A stretch of DNA of 64,000 bases from contig NC_045697.1 in NCBI RefSeq assembly GCF_009834535.1, positions 68,884,001 to 68,948,000 on the forward strand, read 5' to 3'. The notes under the pieces were generated by a model. The model did no database searches, was not told the DNA's origin, and worked only from the letters and a program-made list of their open reading frames with translations. Below are positions 1 to 12,200 of this stretch, piece by piece. Position 1 is the stretch's first letter; each line of letters opens with the position of its first letter. The DNA is from Camelus ferus. Taxonomy: Eukaryota. Both the position numbers and the translations under genes were made by a program.

Positions 1-108
1 TGCAAGCTTTTCTTTTTGGAACTTTCTGGGTTCTTTTTCCCAAATATTTTCCATCTGCATTTGGTTGAATTCAAGGATGAAGAACCCATGGATAAAGAGG
101 GCTGACTA
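1..108 (+). mobile_element. TcMar-Tigger MITE end (MER2-like)
   Basis: aatattttccatctgcatttggttgaattcaaggatgaagaacccatggataaagagggctgacta, ending at TA. Confidence 0.75.
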
Positions 109-3100
109 TTCCATTTAAAATCAAAGGTGCACTCTTAAGAAATAAAGCTTTATCAAAGCAGGCAACTGAAGAAATAACATACCCAAATATTAGCAACTGT
201 TAATAATGAATATGTTGTTATTTTGTGGCAAAAATTAACTTATTGCTTTGTATGTATATTTCTTTTGGGTATTATCTGTCCCATCTGAAACTCAAAAATG
301 TATCTTTCTCTTATTCATTTTCTTATAATAAAGAGAAAAATACCTCATGGGATAGGAAAAGAACATAAAAATTCTCATGCACTTCATTATTCAGTCTTGT
401 TTTTTTAATGAAGAGGATTATTTTCTGCACTGGAATTACATAAACCTCTGAAGGAATAATAAACTTAATAATAGAACAGTATTTCATTTGAATGGAAAGA
501 AAAATAAACTAAACCACAAAACCAGAGAAAAACTTAAGTAAGCTCCATGAGACCAGAGACTTTCATATCTGTCCTTTTCACTAGAACAATACTTCCCCAA
601 CACCAGCTACCTGGTATGCAGTGGAGATCTCCTCTACCTGAACTACCTTCCTACTCCCATGGTCCCCACCCTGTGCTCCCCACTACAGAGGTTATCTAGA
701 TGACTCCAATCAGGTGTCAAGTTTTCTACAAAATTTTCTCTACCGATGCATTTATCACACTTTATCATTATCTTTGCACAACAAAATGTAGAGGTGTAAT
801 CATGGGTTTTGGAATCAGATAATAAGTGTTTAAGCCCCAACTTAGTTTTAGTAACTACAAAAATGTGGGCAAGTTACTTAAGAAAACTGAGCCCTATTTT
901 TCTCTATATTAAAAAAAAATAGAACCTCCAAAAGAGTGTGATTAGGAGGATTGTTAAGAAAATACAACTAGTGGCAAAATTGTTTTTCATTTTTGGAGGT
1001 TTATAGCTCTACGTTTCTCCTCTGATCACAATATTCAGATACTACCTATTTACCTCCTCCCAGTCAGAGAGGAAAGCCAACTACATTCCTCAGTAGACTG
1101 CATGTGGCAGGAAGTATCACATGATGTGAGTATGACCTGTAAGGAAAGCATCGGTGAAAGAGAATTCTTCTGGGAGAAGAATAAGTGTAATTCTACATAA
1201 AGAATTATAATAACTATTTATTTGGAACCACAGAAAAAAAAGACACAAAAAAGGATCAAAATGTTCTTTTGGACTGAACCATTTTAATGAAAATGTCACT
1301 CATATGGAACCATTTGGTAACCAAAATATAGATTGCATTTAACATAGAAATACAAAATACAGCATCTTAAGTAAGGTAGAAGCTATTTCTCTTTCATTTT
1401 AAATAATTCTAGGAGTAGGAAATCCAGGAATGCTATCAATCTCCTCACAGTTGTCAGAGATCTTAGTTCTTCCAGTTCACTGCCCTGCAGTCCCTAGGTG
1501 AGGCACTTGTCCTCATTGTTCAAGAAATGGAAAAGAAAAGGTCACATCCTCTCTTTTAAAGAAATTTCTCAAGAGTGAAGAAACTTAATGCAAGTGTCAG
1601 TAACATATAAGAAGACTATTTTACAAAGGAGAAAACTGGACTCAGAGTTAATACGTAAATTCAATTTACCTTTCTTTGGCAAGAACTTAATCATTGAAAA
1701 CATCTAGCTACAAATGATGCATTATTGGTTCAAAAGAGTCAGGTTCTGCTAATAAAGAGATGGGGGAGAATAAATGTTAAGGGAGACGGATGGCAGTTTC
1801 TGCCACATATGTGTTAAGCATTTTTCTAAGTCCCCTAAAGTATACCATTTATAAATATGGAAACCCAAGATGATGGGTCCTGGTATCAGTAACAGAAAGA
1901 ATAAAAAATCAATGGAGAATAAAAGAGAGAATCAAAAGAGGAAAACAAAACATGTATTTTTTTTCCTGTGTCAATAACAACAAAGTAGCTATTCAATTAC
2001 ATCGAGTATAAAGGTCTATCCTGTTAGAAATTAAAATGTAGGGCACTTTGCAGAAACCTAAGTTCCTAAAAGTCCTACTTATGAAATTATGAAAGGTGAA
2101 CCATAGTCTAAAAGGTATGTTTTATGAATAAATTCATTTCTAAATATTATTTGAAGTTATTTTTCACAATTTTTCTGTAATGTATATAATTCACAAATTC
2201 TTGCTATAATATTTATGTTACATTGATTCAAAAAGAAATTTAAGGTGGTAATTTCTCTCATAAAAATATTATCATCTTCTCTCAGAACACTCATTAATGA
2301 AAAAATAAAATGTAGTACAACTGCCCTTTGTATGACTTAGAAAACAGGCCATTCAAACCAAAGCAACTGTTTCTGATTCCTAGTTTCAACAAAATAAAAT
2401 TTATTTTCTAAAATAATTTACTTTCTAAAGTAAGAATTCCCTCCTGCCTACTTTGGCTATAACTTCGCCTTCTAGCTCCTCTCTTTCCTTATGATCATCT
2501 CCAAGAGCTCAACGTTTCTCTTCTTGGTTCATTTATCTCAGGATTCCCAGTTCACTGCTCTACTCAGTCTCAACCACATATGTTAGCTGCTGACTTACAT
2601 GAGATAATGCTTAATGTGATCCTCAGTCATCTCTATGCCTACTAGTTTACATGTCTGGATTGAAGTCTTCCTTGATCTAAATTAATGCTAGTTCAGGAAA
2701 TTTGCACAGATTTTCCAATACTGGTATCCCTATTCAAAGGCCTAGATCCCAAGAATAACAGTCAGCCTGGGACTAGGGAACAAAAGCAGCTCAGAGAAAG
2801 AGTAAGAAGTGGATCTCTATATTGGTTTAAAAAACAAAATTGAAGTTCAGAGGCCAAGAAAAAATTCCCAAAAGTCACAAGATGTCATTTGCAGTCTCAA
2901 TTTTATGTTTTTCGGCCATCCTGTGAATTTTTTATTCACATTTTTAAATAAATGTGATTAAATGCTAAATTAGGAAGTCACACCACTCAAGCAGAAAATA
3001 AGAATATGGTATTTGTTTCAAAAATCAGAAAAATATTCGGCTCAAGGTATAACCCAAAAGAAAATGCAGTTCTGATATACAGTTAAGTGACTGAAATAAA

Positions 3101-3767
3101 GTCTGATGATGATGATGACCCAGCAGCACAGAAGAAATGCTGTACCATTTTGCCAGTAAAACATAAAAGAAGGGTTTGTTACTAAATATCTCCTTGGAAG
3201 TAACTAATCTGCCCTTAAAATACTCTAAAGGAAATAAAAAGTCTATAGACCTACAATGTAAAAGAAAAAATTATAAATCCAGTCTATGAATACATAATCT
3301 TTCAAGGGATACAGTCAACTTTATGACAAAATATCTCTTTCTTGTCCAACTGAATGATCTTGGAGCATGTAGGTCTAGTTCTGTGTATACTCCATTAACC
3401 ATCCAATATGAAATAGAAATATTTTTATAAACCCATACTTAAATCTTCTTAATAAGACTTACCATGTTCTTGTCTCATTGCAATGGTTTGCACCATTGCC
3501 TTTTTTTCCAATTTTCCTAACAAACTGAACTGAATAATTGTTAAATTCTTTTAATGAGTCCTAAGGCCTAGCTGGAGTCTGGGATATTAGTATAGGAATT
3601 CTTCACTGATGTTTTTCATGCTAACTTTCCTTCCTAAGTTTTTCTAATGAAATCTCCTTTCCTTGTGCATTACTGAGATTGATTTCAGTTGCATATAACA
3701 GAAGAAGAAACATATGTAGACTTAAATAATAAAGAAAATTATGGGCTTATATTACTGAAAATCAAAA

Positions 3768-3913
3768 GCAATAGTTCTCACACTGTCTGTATTTTAGAAT
3801 CACCTGGGGAGGTTTTTAAAAATGTCTTTCCCCAGATCCCAATTCCAGTGCCTCCCTCCCCAGAGATGATGTTTTAAATGGTCTTGAGTACTCCAGATAT
3901 GTATGTGTGTGTG

Positions 3914-3962
<49 letters not shown>

Positions 3963-4032
3963 ATATTATATAATTATTTTATAGGTTCCCAGATAATTTC
4001 CAAAGTGTACACAGGGTTAAACAGCACCACTT
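3768..4032. mobile_element. MER5A-like hAT MITE containing a microsatellite; similar copies at about 12740-12920, 40030-40220, 44080-44250 and 44640-44830
   Basis: Contains ttagaatcacctggggaggtttttaaaaat...gataatttccaaagtgtacacagggtt..accact. Confidence 0.65.
3901..3962. repeat. Compound microsatellite: short (TG)n followed by long (CA)n
   Basis: gtatgtgtgtgtgtatacacacac...acac is directly visible. Confidence 0.97.
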
Positions 4033-4833
4033 TAGAATAAGACTGGGCTTCAGATGTGACTTAATCATGATTTCAACTCTATGTCTCTCTGATTCTTTAA
4101 GCCCTGTTCTCTTCCATGTGTCAATTCCTTTTACAGGCAGGCTTTCTTCATCAGAGGATAATGGCTGCAGCCTTATCTCCAACTGTTATACAATCCAGAA
4201 AAAGAGAAAGTTGTTTTTTTATCTTCAACCACAGAACACAGTCCTAGGCTAGTCTCTGGGCCAGCTTAGTTTCAATTCCCACCTGAACCGAATTACTGTG
4301 GTAAAAGAGATAGAATCATAATTATCATGATTAACCTAAATCAAGTAACATAAAATGAATACAAAATTTTATGTCTGGAACCAATGAACACTATAACATT
4401 CTAACTGAAGCAAAAGTGTCAATTACCCCTTAAGAAGGCCTATGTATCTCAGGACACATATGGAAAACAAAACAAAAAAGACACGAGTAAACAAGTATTG
4501 AAAGTAAACAAGGAGAGACACTGCAGATGCTTGATTTGCAAAAAGCACTACATAACTAGTTAGGGATGATGGCAAACTTTTTTAAAAATCTGTGGTGGAT
4601 GTGGCTCCAAATTAAAGCTACTAATCTGTTCTTAAATTACAACAGATGGTCACTAAATATAAATAAACCCATAGCTTTCTATTTATTCCTATGTGAATAT
4701 TATTAACTTAATTGAGAGGTGAATTTTAGGGGACTTTAGCAATGCATTCCTCAGAACAAATGAAAGATTCTTGTATTTTATAGCCATTAAATAATGATAG
4801 TCAAAACGCTTTATATCATTTTGTGATATAGTC

Positions 4834-5027
4834 GTTTAAAAATTTTTTCTTATTAAAGTATAGTAGGTTTACAATGTTGTGTTAGTTTCTGGTGTACAGC
4901 ATAGTGATGCAGTTATATATATATATATATTCCTTTCATATTCTTTTTCCTTATAAGCTATTACATGGTATTGACTATAGTTTCTGGTGCTACACAGTAG
5001 GACTTTGTTGTTTATTTATTTTATATA
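4834..5027 (-). mobile_element. 5'-truncated young L1 3' end
   Basis: Contains aagtatagtaggtttacaatgttgtgttagtttctggtgtacagcatagtga, a cetartiodactyl-type L1 3'UTR motif. The TSD is ttgtgatatagtc (4821-4833) and ttgtgatacagtc (5028-5040). Confidence 0.85.
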
Positions 5028-5997
5028 TTGTGATACAGTCTTGATTGAAAAAAACAAAATACCAAAAGAGGTATTTTATTATTACTACAATAAAGAAAAA
5101 TTTACTGAAACATTAACAATTGCTACTTTTAGATGGTGGAACTATATAAACTTCTCTTGCTCTTTGTCCTTTAATATCCTCCAAAATTTCTTCAGTTATG
5201 TATTATTCCTATAAATAAAAAAAACTTAATAGACCAATAGCTGTCTCAATTACAAAATCGGTGGAAATATTAAGGTAAATAAAACAATGGATGACCAAAA
5301 CAAGAAGTGTGACAAGGAAATAGCAACCATCAAAAAGAAAAACAAATAAAAAAAATAAGAAACCTACAGTTAAAAAATATAATTACTGAACTGAAAAATT
5401 CAATAGAGTTTTAAATATAGACTCAATCATGTGGAAGAAAGAATCAGTAAACTGAAGGACAGGACACTGAAATCTACCTAGTCAGAGAAGCAAAAAGAAA
5501 ATAGAAAGAAAAAGAGTGAAGAAAACCTACAGGAATTATGGGACACATAAAAAAAATATATTCATATTGTGGGAATTCCAGAAATAAAGGCTGAAAAGTT
5601 CCCAAACCTGTGGAGAGAAAGGAACATCCAGATCCATGAGGTCACAAGTTCCTCAAATAGGTTAAACCCACATAGGGCTATACCAAGAAACATAATTTAT
5701 AATTATCAAAAGTCAAAGACAAAAAAGAGAATTTTAAGAGTAGCAAGAGAAAAGAGAGAAATTACATGTAAGGTGACCCTGTAGAACGACTAATAGATTT
5801 CTCATAGGAACCTCTCATGTCAGGAGAGAACGGAATGACATATTCAAAATATTTAAAGATAAAAACTTTGAACCAAGAATTCTATACCTGATGAAGCTGT
5901 CCTTCAGAAATAAAGGAAGGATAAAGACTTTCCCTAACAAACAAAAGCTGAAGGAGCTCATAACCACCAGACTTGCCTTGTAAGAAATGCTAAAGGG

Positions 5998-6228
5998 TAT
6001 TGCACAATACAGAGAATATAGTCAATATTTTGTAATAACTGTAAAAGGAAAGTAAGACTTAAAATTGCATAAAAACTTTAAAAAGAAAGTAAAGGAAAAC
6101 ATTCGAAAGAATATAGGGTGGCTACTGCTTGAGAATGAGGGAAGGGGACTGCTCTTTTATGAAAAGCCTTGAAATTCTGACTTCTTATCACTTTGAAAAT
6201 AAATCTGTTTAATTTTAAAGGAGACAAA
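5998..6228 (+). mobile_element. Severely 5'-truncated young L1 3' end plus about 140 bp of extra 3' sequence, nested in the older L1
   Basis: A perfect 13-bp TSD aaatgctaaaggg lies at 5985-5997 and 6229-6241. The insert has L1 3'UTR-like acagagaatatagtcaatattttgtaataactgtaa, and AATAAA at 6198-6203. Confidence 0.75.
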
Positions 6229-7784
6229 AAATGCTAAAGGGAGTTCTTTGGTGCAAGTAAAAGAATGATAATTAACATCATAAAAACACAAATAAGTAGT
6301 ATAAATCTCACTGGTAACAGTAAAGTACATAGTCATAGGTAGATTCTGCAACAAGGTAATGAAGATGCATAAATTCACAGCTGTAGTTTAAATTTAAGTG
6401 GTAAAAACAACCATAAATACAACTATCTGTTAATAGTAACACAATATTAAAATGTGGGAGAAAAAGTAGAAGTGTAAAGTATATGAATTCCATTGAAGTT
6501 AACAGTTTAAAATAGGCTGATAGTTTAAAATATTTTATGTAAACCTAACGATAACTACAGGGGAAAATCTTGTAGTAATTACACAAAAGAACACAATCAA
6601 GAAGTCAAAGTATACTGATACCAGAAGACATCAAAACACAAAAAAAGACAGCAAGATAAGAAACGAGTAACAGTGGATCTACAAAACCACCAGAAAACGT
6701 TAACAAAATGGCAATACTACTAAGTCCTTACCTATCAATAATTATTTTAATTGTAAATGGATTAAATTCTCCAATCAAAAGACTGAATGGATTAAAAAAG
6801 AAAAACAAGATCCAACAATATGCTGTCTACAAGAGACTCACTTTAGCCTTAAAGACACAGAAACTAACAGTGAAAGGACAGAAAAGGATATTTCAAGCAA
6901 ATGGTAACCAGAAAGAAAGCAGGCATAGCTATACTTACATTAGACAAAATAGATTTTAAACTAAAAATGGTAAAAAGAGAGAAGGTCATTATATATAAAG
7001 ATCAACACAGCAAGAAGATATAACAATTATAAATATTTATTCATCCAACATTGGAGTACCTAAATATATAAAGCAAAAACTAACAGCTAAAATAAGAATA
7101 CAGTAAAACAATAATAGTTGGGACTTTAATACCATAATTTCAATAATGGATAGATCATCCAGACAGAGAAGCAATAATGGAACAGTTGATCTGAACAACA
7201 CTACAGACCAAATGGATCTAATAGCCGTAGACAGAACATTCTCTCCAACAACAGAAGAATACACATTCTTCTCAAAAGCATATGAAACATTTTCTAGAAT
7301 AGAGCATATGTTAGGCACAAAACAAATCTTAGCAAATTCAAGAAGACTAAAATCATACCAAGCATCTTCTCTGACCACAATGGCATGAAACTGGAAATCA
7401 ATAATAAGAAGAAAACTGAAATTTTAATGAACACATGGAAATTAAACAATACTCTCCTGAACAATCAACAGATCAAAGAAATTAAAGGGGAAATTAAAAA
7501 ATTTCTTGAGATCAATGAAATGTAAACACAACATACCAGCACTTCTAAAAGGAAAGTTTATAGGAATAAACTACATTAAGAAGATCCCAAATAAACAACC
7601 TAACTCTACACTTAAAGGAACTAGAAAAATAAGAAAAAACTGAGCCCAAAGTTAGAAGAAAATAAATTACAAAGATTAGAGCAGAAATCAATGAACTAGA
7701 CAACAAAAAATATATATAAAAGATTAACCAAACTAAAAGTTGATCCTTTGATATTTGGGATATACTTGCAGTAAGAATGTACTA

Positions 7785-7890
7785 TTTTTTTTAAATTTTA
7801 TTTATTGTTAATGGTATCACTGGGGACTGAGTCCAAGACCTCATGAATGCTAAGCATGCACTCTGCCACTGAGCTATACCTACTCCCCCA
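7785..7890 (-). mobile_element. tRNA-derived SINE (camelid vic-1-like) nested in L1 ORF2
   Basis: Minus strand reads GGGGAGTAGGTATAGCTCAGTGGCAGAGTGCATGCTTAGCATTCATGAGGTCTTGGACTCAGTCCCCAG plus an A-rich tail. It has an A box and a decayed B box. Confidence 0.85.
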
Positions 7891-9718
7891 AATTTAGTTC
7901 TTTGAAAAGATAAAATTGACAAACCTTTACCTAGACTAACCAAGGAAAAAAAGGAGAAAAGGACTCCAATCAACAAAATTGTAAAAAGGAAACATTACAA
8001 CTGATATCACAGAAATTCAAAGGATCATGAGAGGCCACTATAAACAACTGTACACCAACAAACTGCACAACCTAAGAGAAATGGGAAATTTTTAGAAACA
8101 TACAACTTACCAAAACTGAATCAGTAAGAAATAAAAAATTTGAATAGGCTAATTACTAGTAAAGAGATTGAATCAGTAATTTTAAATATCCCAAAACAGA
8201 AAAGCCTAGGACCAAATGCCTTCACTAGTGAATTTTACCAAATATTTAAAGAAGAATGAACACCAGTCCTTCTCAAATTCTTCCAAAAACTGAAGAGGAG
8301 GGAATGTTCCCAAACTCATTTTACAAGGCCAGCATTATCCTGATACTAAAACCAGAAAAGGTCAATACCAGAGAAGAAACATACACAAATTAATCAATAT
8401 GAAATATCACATTAATAGAATGAAAGAAAAGAAATCATATGATCATCTCAATAGATGCCAAAAAAGCATTTGACAAAATTCAACATACATTTATCCTATA
8501 AAAAGTCTTAACAAATTAGGCATAGAAGGAACATATTTCAATATAATAAAGATCATGTATGGCAAGTCCACAGCTAACACCATACTCAGTAGTGAAATGA
8601 TGAAAGCTTTTTCTCTAAGATCGGGAACAAGACAAAGGTGCCCACTCTCACTACTTCTATTCAACATAGTAGAGGAAGTTCTAGCTAAAGCAATCAGGCA
8701 AAAATAAGAAATAAAAGTATCAGAATTGGAAAGGAAGGAGCAAAGTTGTCTCTATTTGCAAATGACATGATTTTTTATATAGAAAACTAAAGACTCAACC
8801 AAAAACTGTTAGAGATAATTTAAGTAAAGTTGCAAGCTATATTAACATACAAAAATCAGTGGTGTTTCTATACAGTAACAATAAAATATCTGAAAAGGAA
8901 ATAAATAAATCAATACCATTTATAATAGCATCAAACAATAAATTAGAAATAAATTCAATTAAGAAGATGAAAGATCTCTATGCTGAAAACTACAAGGCAT
9001 TGATGAAAGAAATTGAAGACACAACTAAATGGAAAGATATCTGTGTTCATGAATTAAAAGAATTAACATTGTTAAAATGTCAATATTATCAAAAGCCATC
9101 TATAGATTCAATGAAATCCTTGTCAAGATTCCAAAGGCAATTTTTACAGAAGTAGAAAAAACACTCCTAAAATTTATATGGAACCCTAAAAGACCCCGAA
9201 TAGCCAAAGAAATCCTGAGAAAGAAGAACGAAGCAGAAGGTATCACACTTCTTGATTTCAAGCTTTACTATAAAGCAATAGCCATCAAAACAGTATGGTA
9301 CTGGCATTAAAACAAATAGACCAACAGAACAGAATCATGAGCCTAGAAATAAACCCAAACATATAACGTAAACTAATATTTGACAAGGGAGCCAAGAGCC
9401 CTCAAGAGAGAGAAGACAGTCTTCAATAAATGGTACTGAGATAATTAGATATTCACATGTAAAAGAATTAAACTGGACTTATGTCTTACACTACTCACCA
9501 AAAAATTACACAAAATGGATTAAAGACTTAAACACAAGACATGAAACTCCCAGAAGAAAACAAAGGAACAAAGCTCCTTGACATGGGTCTTGATAATGAT
9601 ATTTTGGATATGACATCTAAAGCCCCAGCAACAAAAAAAAATAAATAAATAAACAAATGGGACAACATCAAACCAAAAAACTCCTGCACAGCAAAGGAAA
9701 CTATCAACACAGTAAAAA

Positions 9719-11105
9719 CTGAGGCAAGTGGAGGCTTCAGGTGTAGGCTTCCCTAACCAATCGGAGCAGCAGCTGTTCAAGCTCAGTGCACTGTGAACTC
9801 CTGTGATAATCAGCCTACAGTAGCTTTATTTTCTACATCCTCGCACCTAAGGAAGAAAGAAAATGGCTTGTGCTGAGTATTCTTCCCATGTGCCAAGTCT
9901 AGAGGAGCTTGTTGGAGTTCTGCAGAAGGGGCTGAAGGAGAACTTTGCTGATGTCCAGGTCTCTATAGCTGATTGCCCTGATTTGACTAAGGAGCCATTT
10001 ACCTTTCCTGTAAAAGGCATCTGTGGGAAAACTAGAATTACAGACGTAGGAGGTGTGCCTTATTTACTGCCTCTTGTAAATAAAAAAAAAAAAAAAAAGG
10101 TTTATGATCTAAATAAGATCGCAAAAGAAGTCCAGTCTCCTGGGGCTTTTATTCTTGGTGCGGGAGCAGGCCCATTTCAGACTCTTGGATTCAATTCTGA
10201 GTTTATGCCAGTTATTCAAACAGAAAGTGAACACAAACCTCTTGTGAATGGAAGTCCCTTTGCTCATGTTAACCCTGCAGATGGAGGGTGCCTACTGGAG
10301 AAACATAGTGAGAAATATCATGACTTTGGGTTTGCACTACTGGCTAATCTATTTGCCAGTGAGGGCCAATCTGGAAAGGTCGTTGAGGTGCAGGACAAAA
10401 GAAGAACTGGAAAGCTTAACTTTGGGACTTGTATGACACAGACTCTTGAAAAACATTATGGAGGTAAGCCCGTAGGGATGGGAGGTACTTTTGTAATTCA
10501 GAAGGGAAAAGTGAAGACTCACATTATGCCTGCAGAATTTTCTTCCTGCTCATTGAACTCTGATGAAGAGGTGAATAAATGGTTGCATTTTCATGAGATG
10601 AAGGCTCCTTTGGTTTGTCTGCCAGTTTCTGTCTCCAGAGACCCAGGGTTTGATTTGCAGTTGAAGCACACTCATTGTTTCAGTTATCATGGAGGAGGTG
10701 GACACTACCATTATGACACTACCCCAGATACAGTGGAATACCTTGAATACTTCTTACCTGCAGAGTTTCTCTATCACATTGAACAACCAGAATAGACCCA
10801 TTCATTTGGGTGAGATTAAATTAACTGATACTCACTTAGAAAAACAATCAACTAAGGTTGACTAACTCATTAATTGATACTAATATAAAATCTAATAGAA
10901 ATGATCTCACTGCTTAATCCCTATTTTTTTGGCCTTTGAAATGAAGGGTATATTGACATTGCGCTCTGTATTATTTCACAGATCTAACTGAAAGAGATCA
11001 TTGGGAACAAAGATACATGATGGAGATGTTCATTTTTTTATTCTAAAGATCAGTGTTATGTTTTTACCTTAAATATAATAAACATTATCAAGAAATTTTA
11101 AAAAA
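9719..11105 (+). pseudogene. C11orf54: Processed retrocopy of C11orf54 (PTD012 zinc-binding fold, ester hydrolase-like), with 5'UTR, 310-aa ORF (9863-10795) and 3'UTR
   Basis: Intronless ORF MACAEYSSHVPSLEEL...HTH...GGHYHYDTTPD. A premature TAG replaces the first residue of the expected ETHSxGRD tail (tag acc cat tca ttt ggg tga gat taa). AATAAA at 11077-11082 is followed by a short A tract at 11100-11105. The flanks share agtaaaaa (9711-9718 and 11110-11117) within L1 ORF2. Confidence 0.93.
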
Positions 11106-11329
11106 TCAAAGTAAAAAGACAAACTACAGGATGGGAAAAACTATTTGCAAACCATATATTTGATAACAGATTAATATGCAAAACATATAAAGAACTCATA
11201 AAGCTCAATAGCAAAAATACAAATAACCCACTTTAAAAAGTGGGCAAGGGACCTGAATTTCTCCAAAGATATACAAAAGGCAAACAGGTACAGATGCAAG
11301 ACAGTGGACAGGGAGAGCCAGCTGTGAAA

Positions 11330-12200
11330 ACTAAATAGGAGAGTTTCCGTTTCAGACAAAATGGAATAAGCACATGCGACCCTAATCCTGCAAATTAAAA
11401 TTAAAACCCTAGATCAAATATAGCTATTAGAAACCCTGAAAAGTAGAGAAAATAAAGTGGACTAAGAACCTCAGGACTCAAAGGAAGACCTGGTAGTTAA
11501 CCCCCTAAGTGTTTTTCTTTTTTTCCCTCCTATACATCCTAGCCTAGACACAGTGCAGCTCATACCCTGAAAATGCCAACTGACACATGAAGGAAAAACA
11601 AGGAAGGAAAAAAAAAAAAAAAAACCAGCCTCAAGAAAAGCCTGTTCTCTCTAACCAAAGAACCAGGAAGAAGTCCCTGTGGGACTTTTGACTATACTCA
11701 TTCTACTTCAAAAGAATCTGCACCCTGCCTCTTCCCCATCTGATGTTGCAGGGAGACTGTCAGGCAGAGCCCTATGGAGCATCCATGCACTGCACAAAAG
11801 AAATGATACCTCTCCCATGCCCCACTTGGTGCTGTAGAAACTATAGGGCAGAGACAGGCTTCAAATTGGCCACTGGGTAACATACAAACAGGACAGAACA
11901 GAATCACACTACAAAGATTCTCCTCGAAAGGAAAAAAGAAAGCGTGCAGGGATAATGTGTACATTTGAAGGAATAATTACTAAAAATTCCTAAATCTGAT
12001 CAAAGATAAAAACCAACAGATCCAAGAATGTCAAACAAGATAAACCCATGTAAATCTCTACCCAAACACACCATAATCAAATTGCTAAAAACCAAAGACA
12101 AAAAAAAGGAAATCTTGAAATAGATCAAAGGGAAATGATACATTATCATTGAGGGAACATCAATTCAAATAGGAACTGATTTTTCTCATCTGAAAGTTAT
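11330..12200 (+). mobile_element. Old L1M 5'UTR/ORF1 fragment
   Basis: ORF1-like end (aattcctaaatctgat...accaacagatccaagaa...ataatcaaattgctaaaaaccaaagacaaa...aaatcttgaaa) preceded by a purine-rich 5' region. Confidence 0.6.

Larger units (their letters stand above)
5270..11300 (+). mobile_element. Degraded LINE-1 (3' part of ORF1, inter-ORF region, most of ORF2 from about 6708), carrying three nested insertions
   Basis: Track ORFs give L1 peptides: ORF1 (AEKFPNL...RILRVAREK), endonuclease (YLSII..NGLNSPIKR; EYTFFS..ETFSRI.HML) and RT C-terminal region (AIYRFN...FIWN.KRPRIAK...DFKLYYKA...VWYWH). There are many frameshifts and stops. Confidence 0.93.

Noticed and set aside
3463..3516. Possible 54-nt minus-strand STPG2 exon (tttgttag|GAAAAT...AACATG|gtaagt)
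   Set aside because: The donor is strong, but there is an in-frame TGA in the required phase 0 and no STPG2-like motif. It is at most a cryptic or poison exon, with no support from sequence alone.
7785..7890. tRNA-Ala gene (also 24966-25124)
   Set aside because: These have a tRNA-like head but also A-rich tails, TSDs and disrupted stems, so they are SINEs.
5569..9310. Active L1 ORF1/ORF2
   Set aside because: It is fragmented by many stops and frameshifts, has a deletion near 8380 and nested insertions, and has no recognisable 5' or 3' UTR.
9700..11130. L1-C11orf54-L1 chimera formed by template switching in a single event
   Set aside because: A poly(A) signal with an A tract and a duplicated agtaaaaa at both junctions fit a later independent insertion into a pre-existing L1 better.
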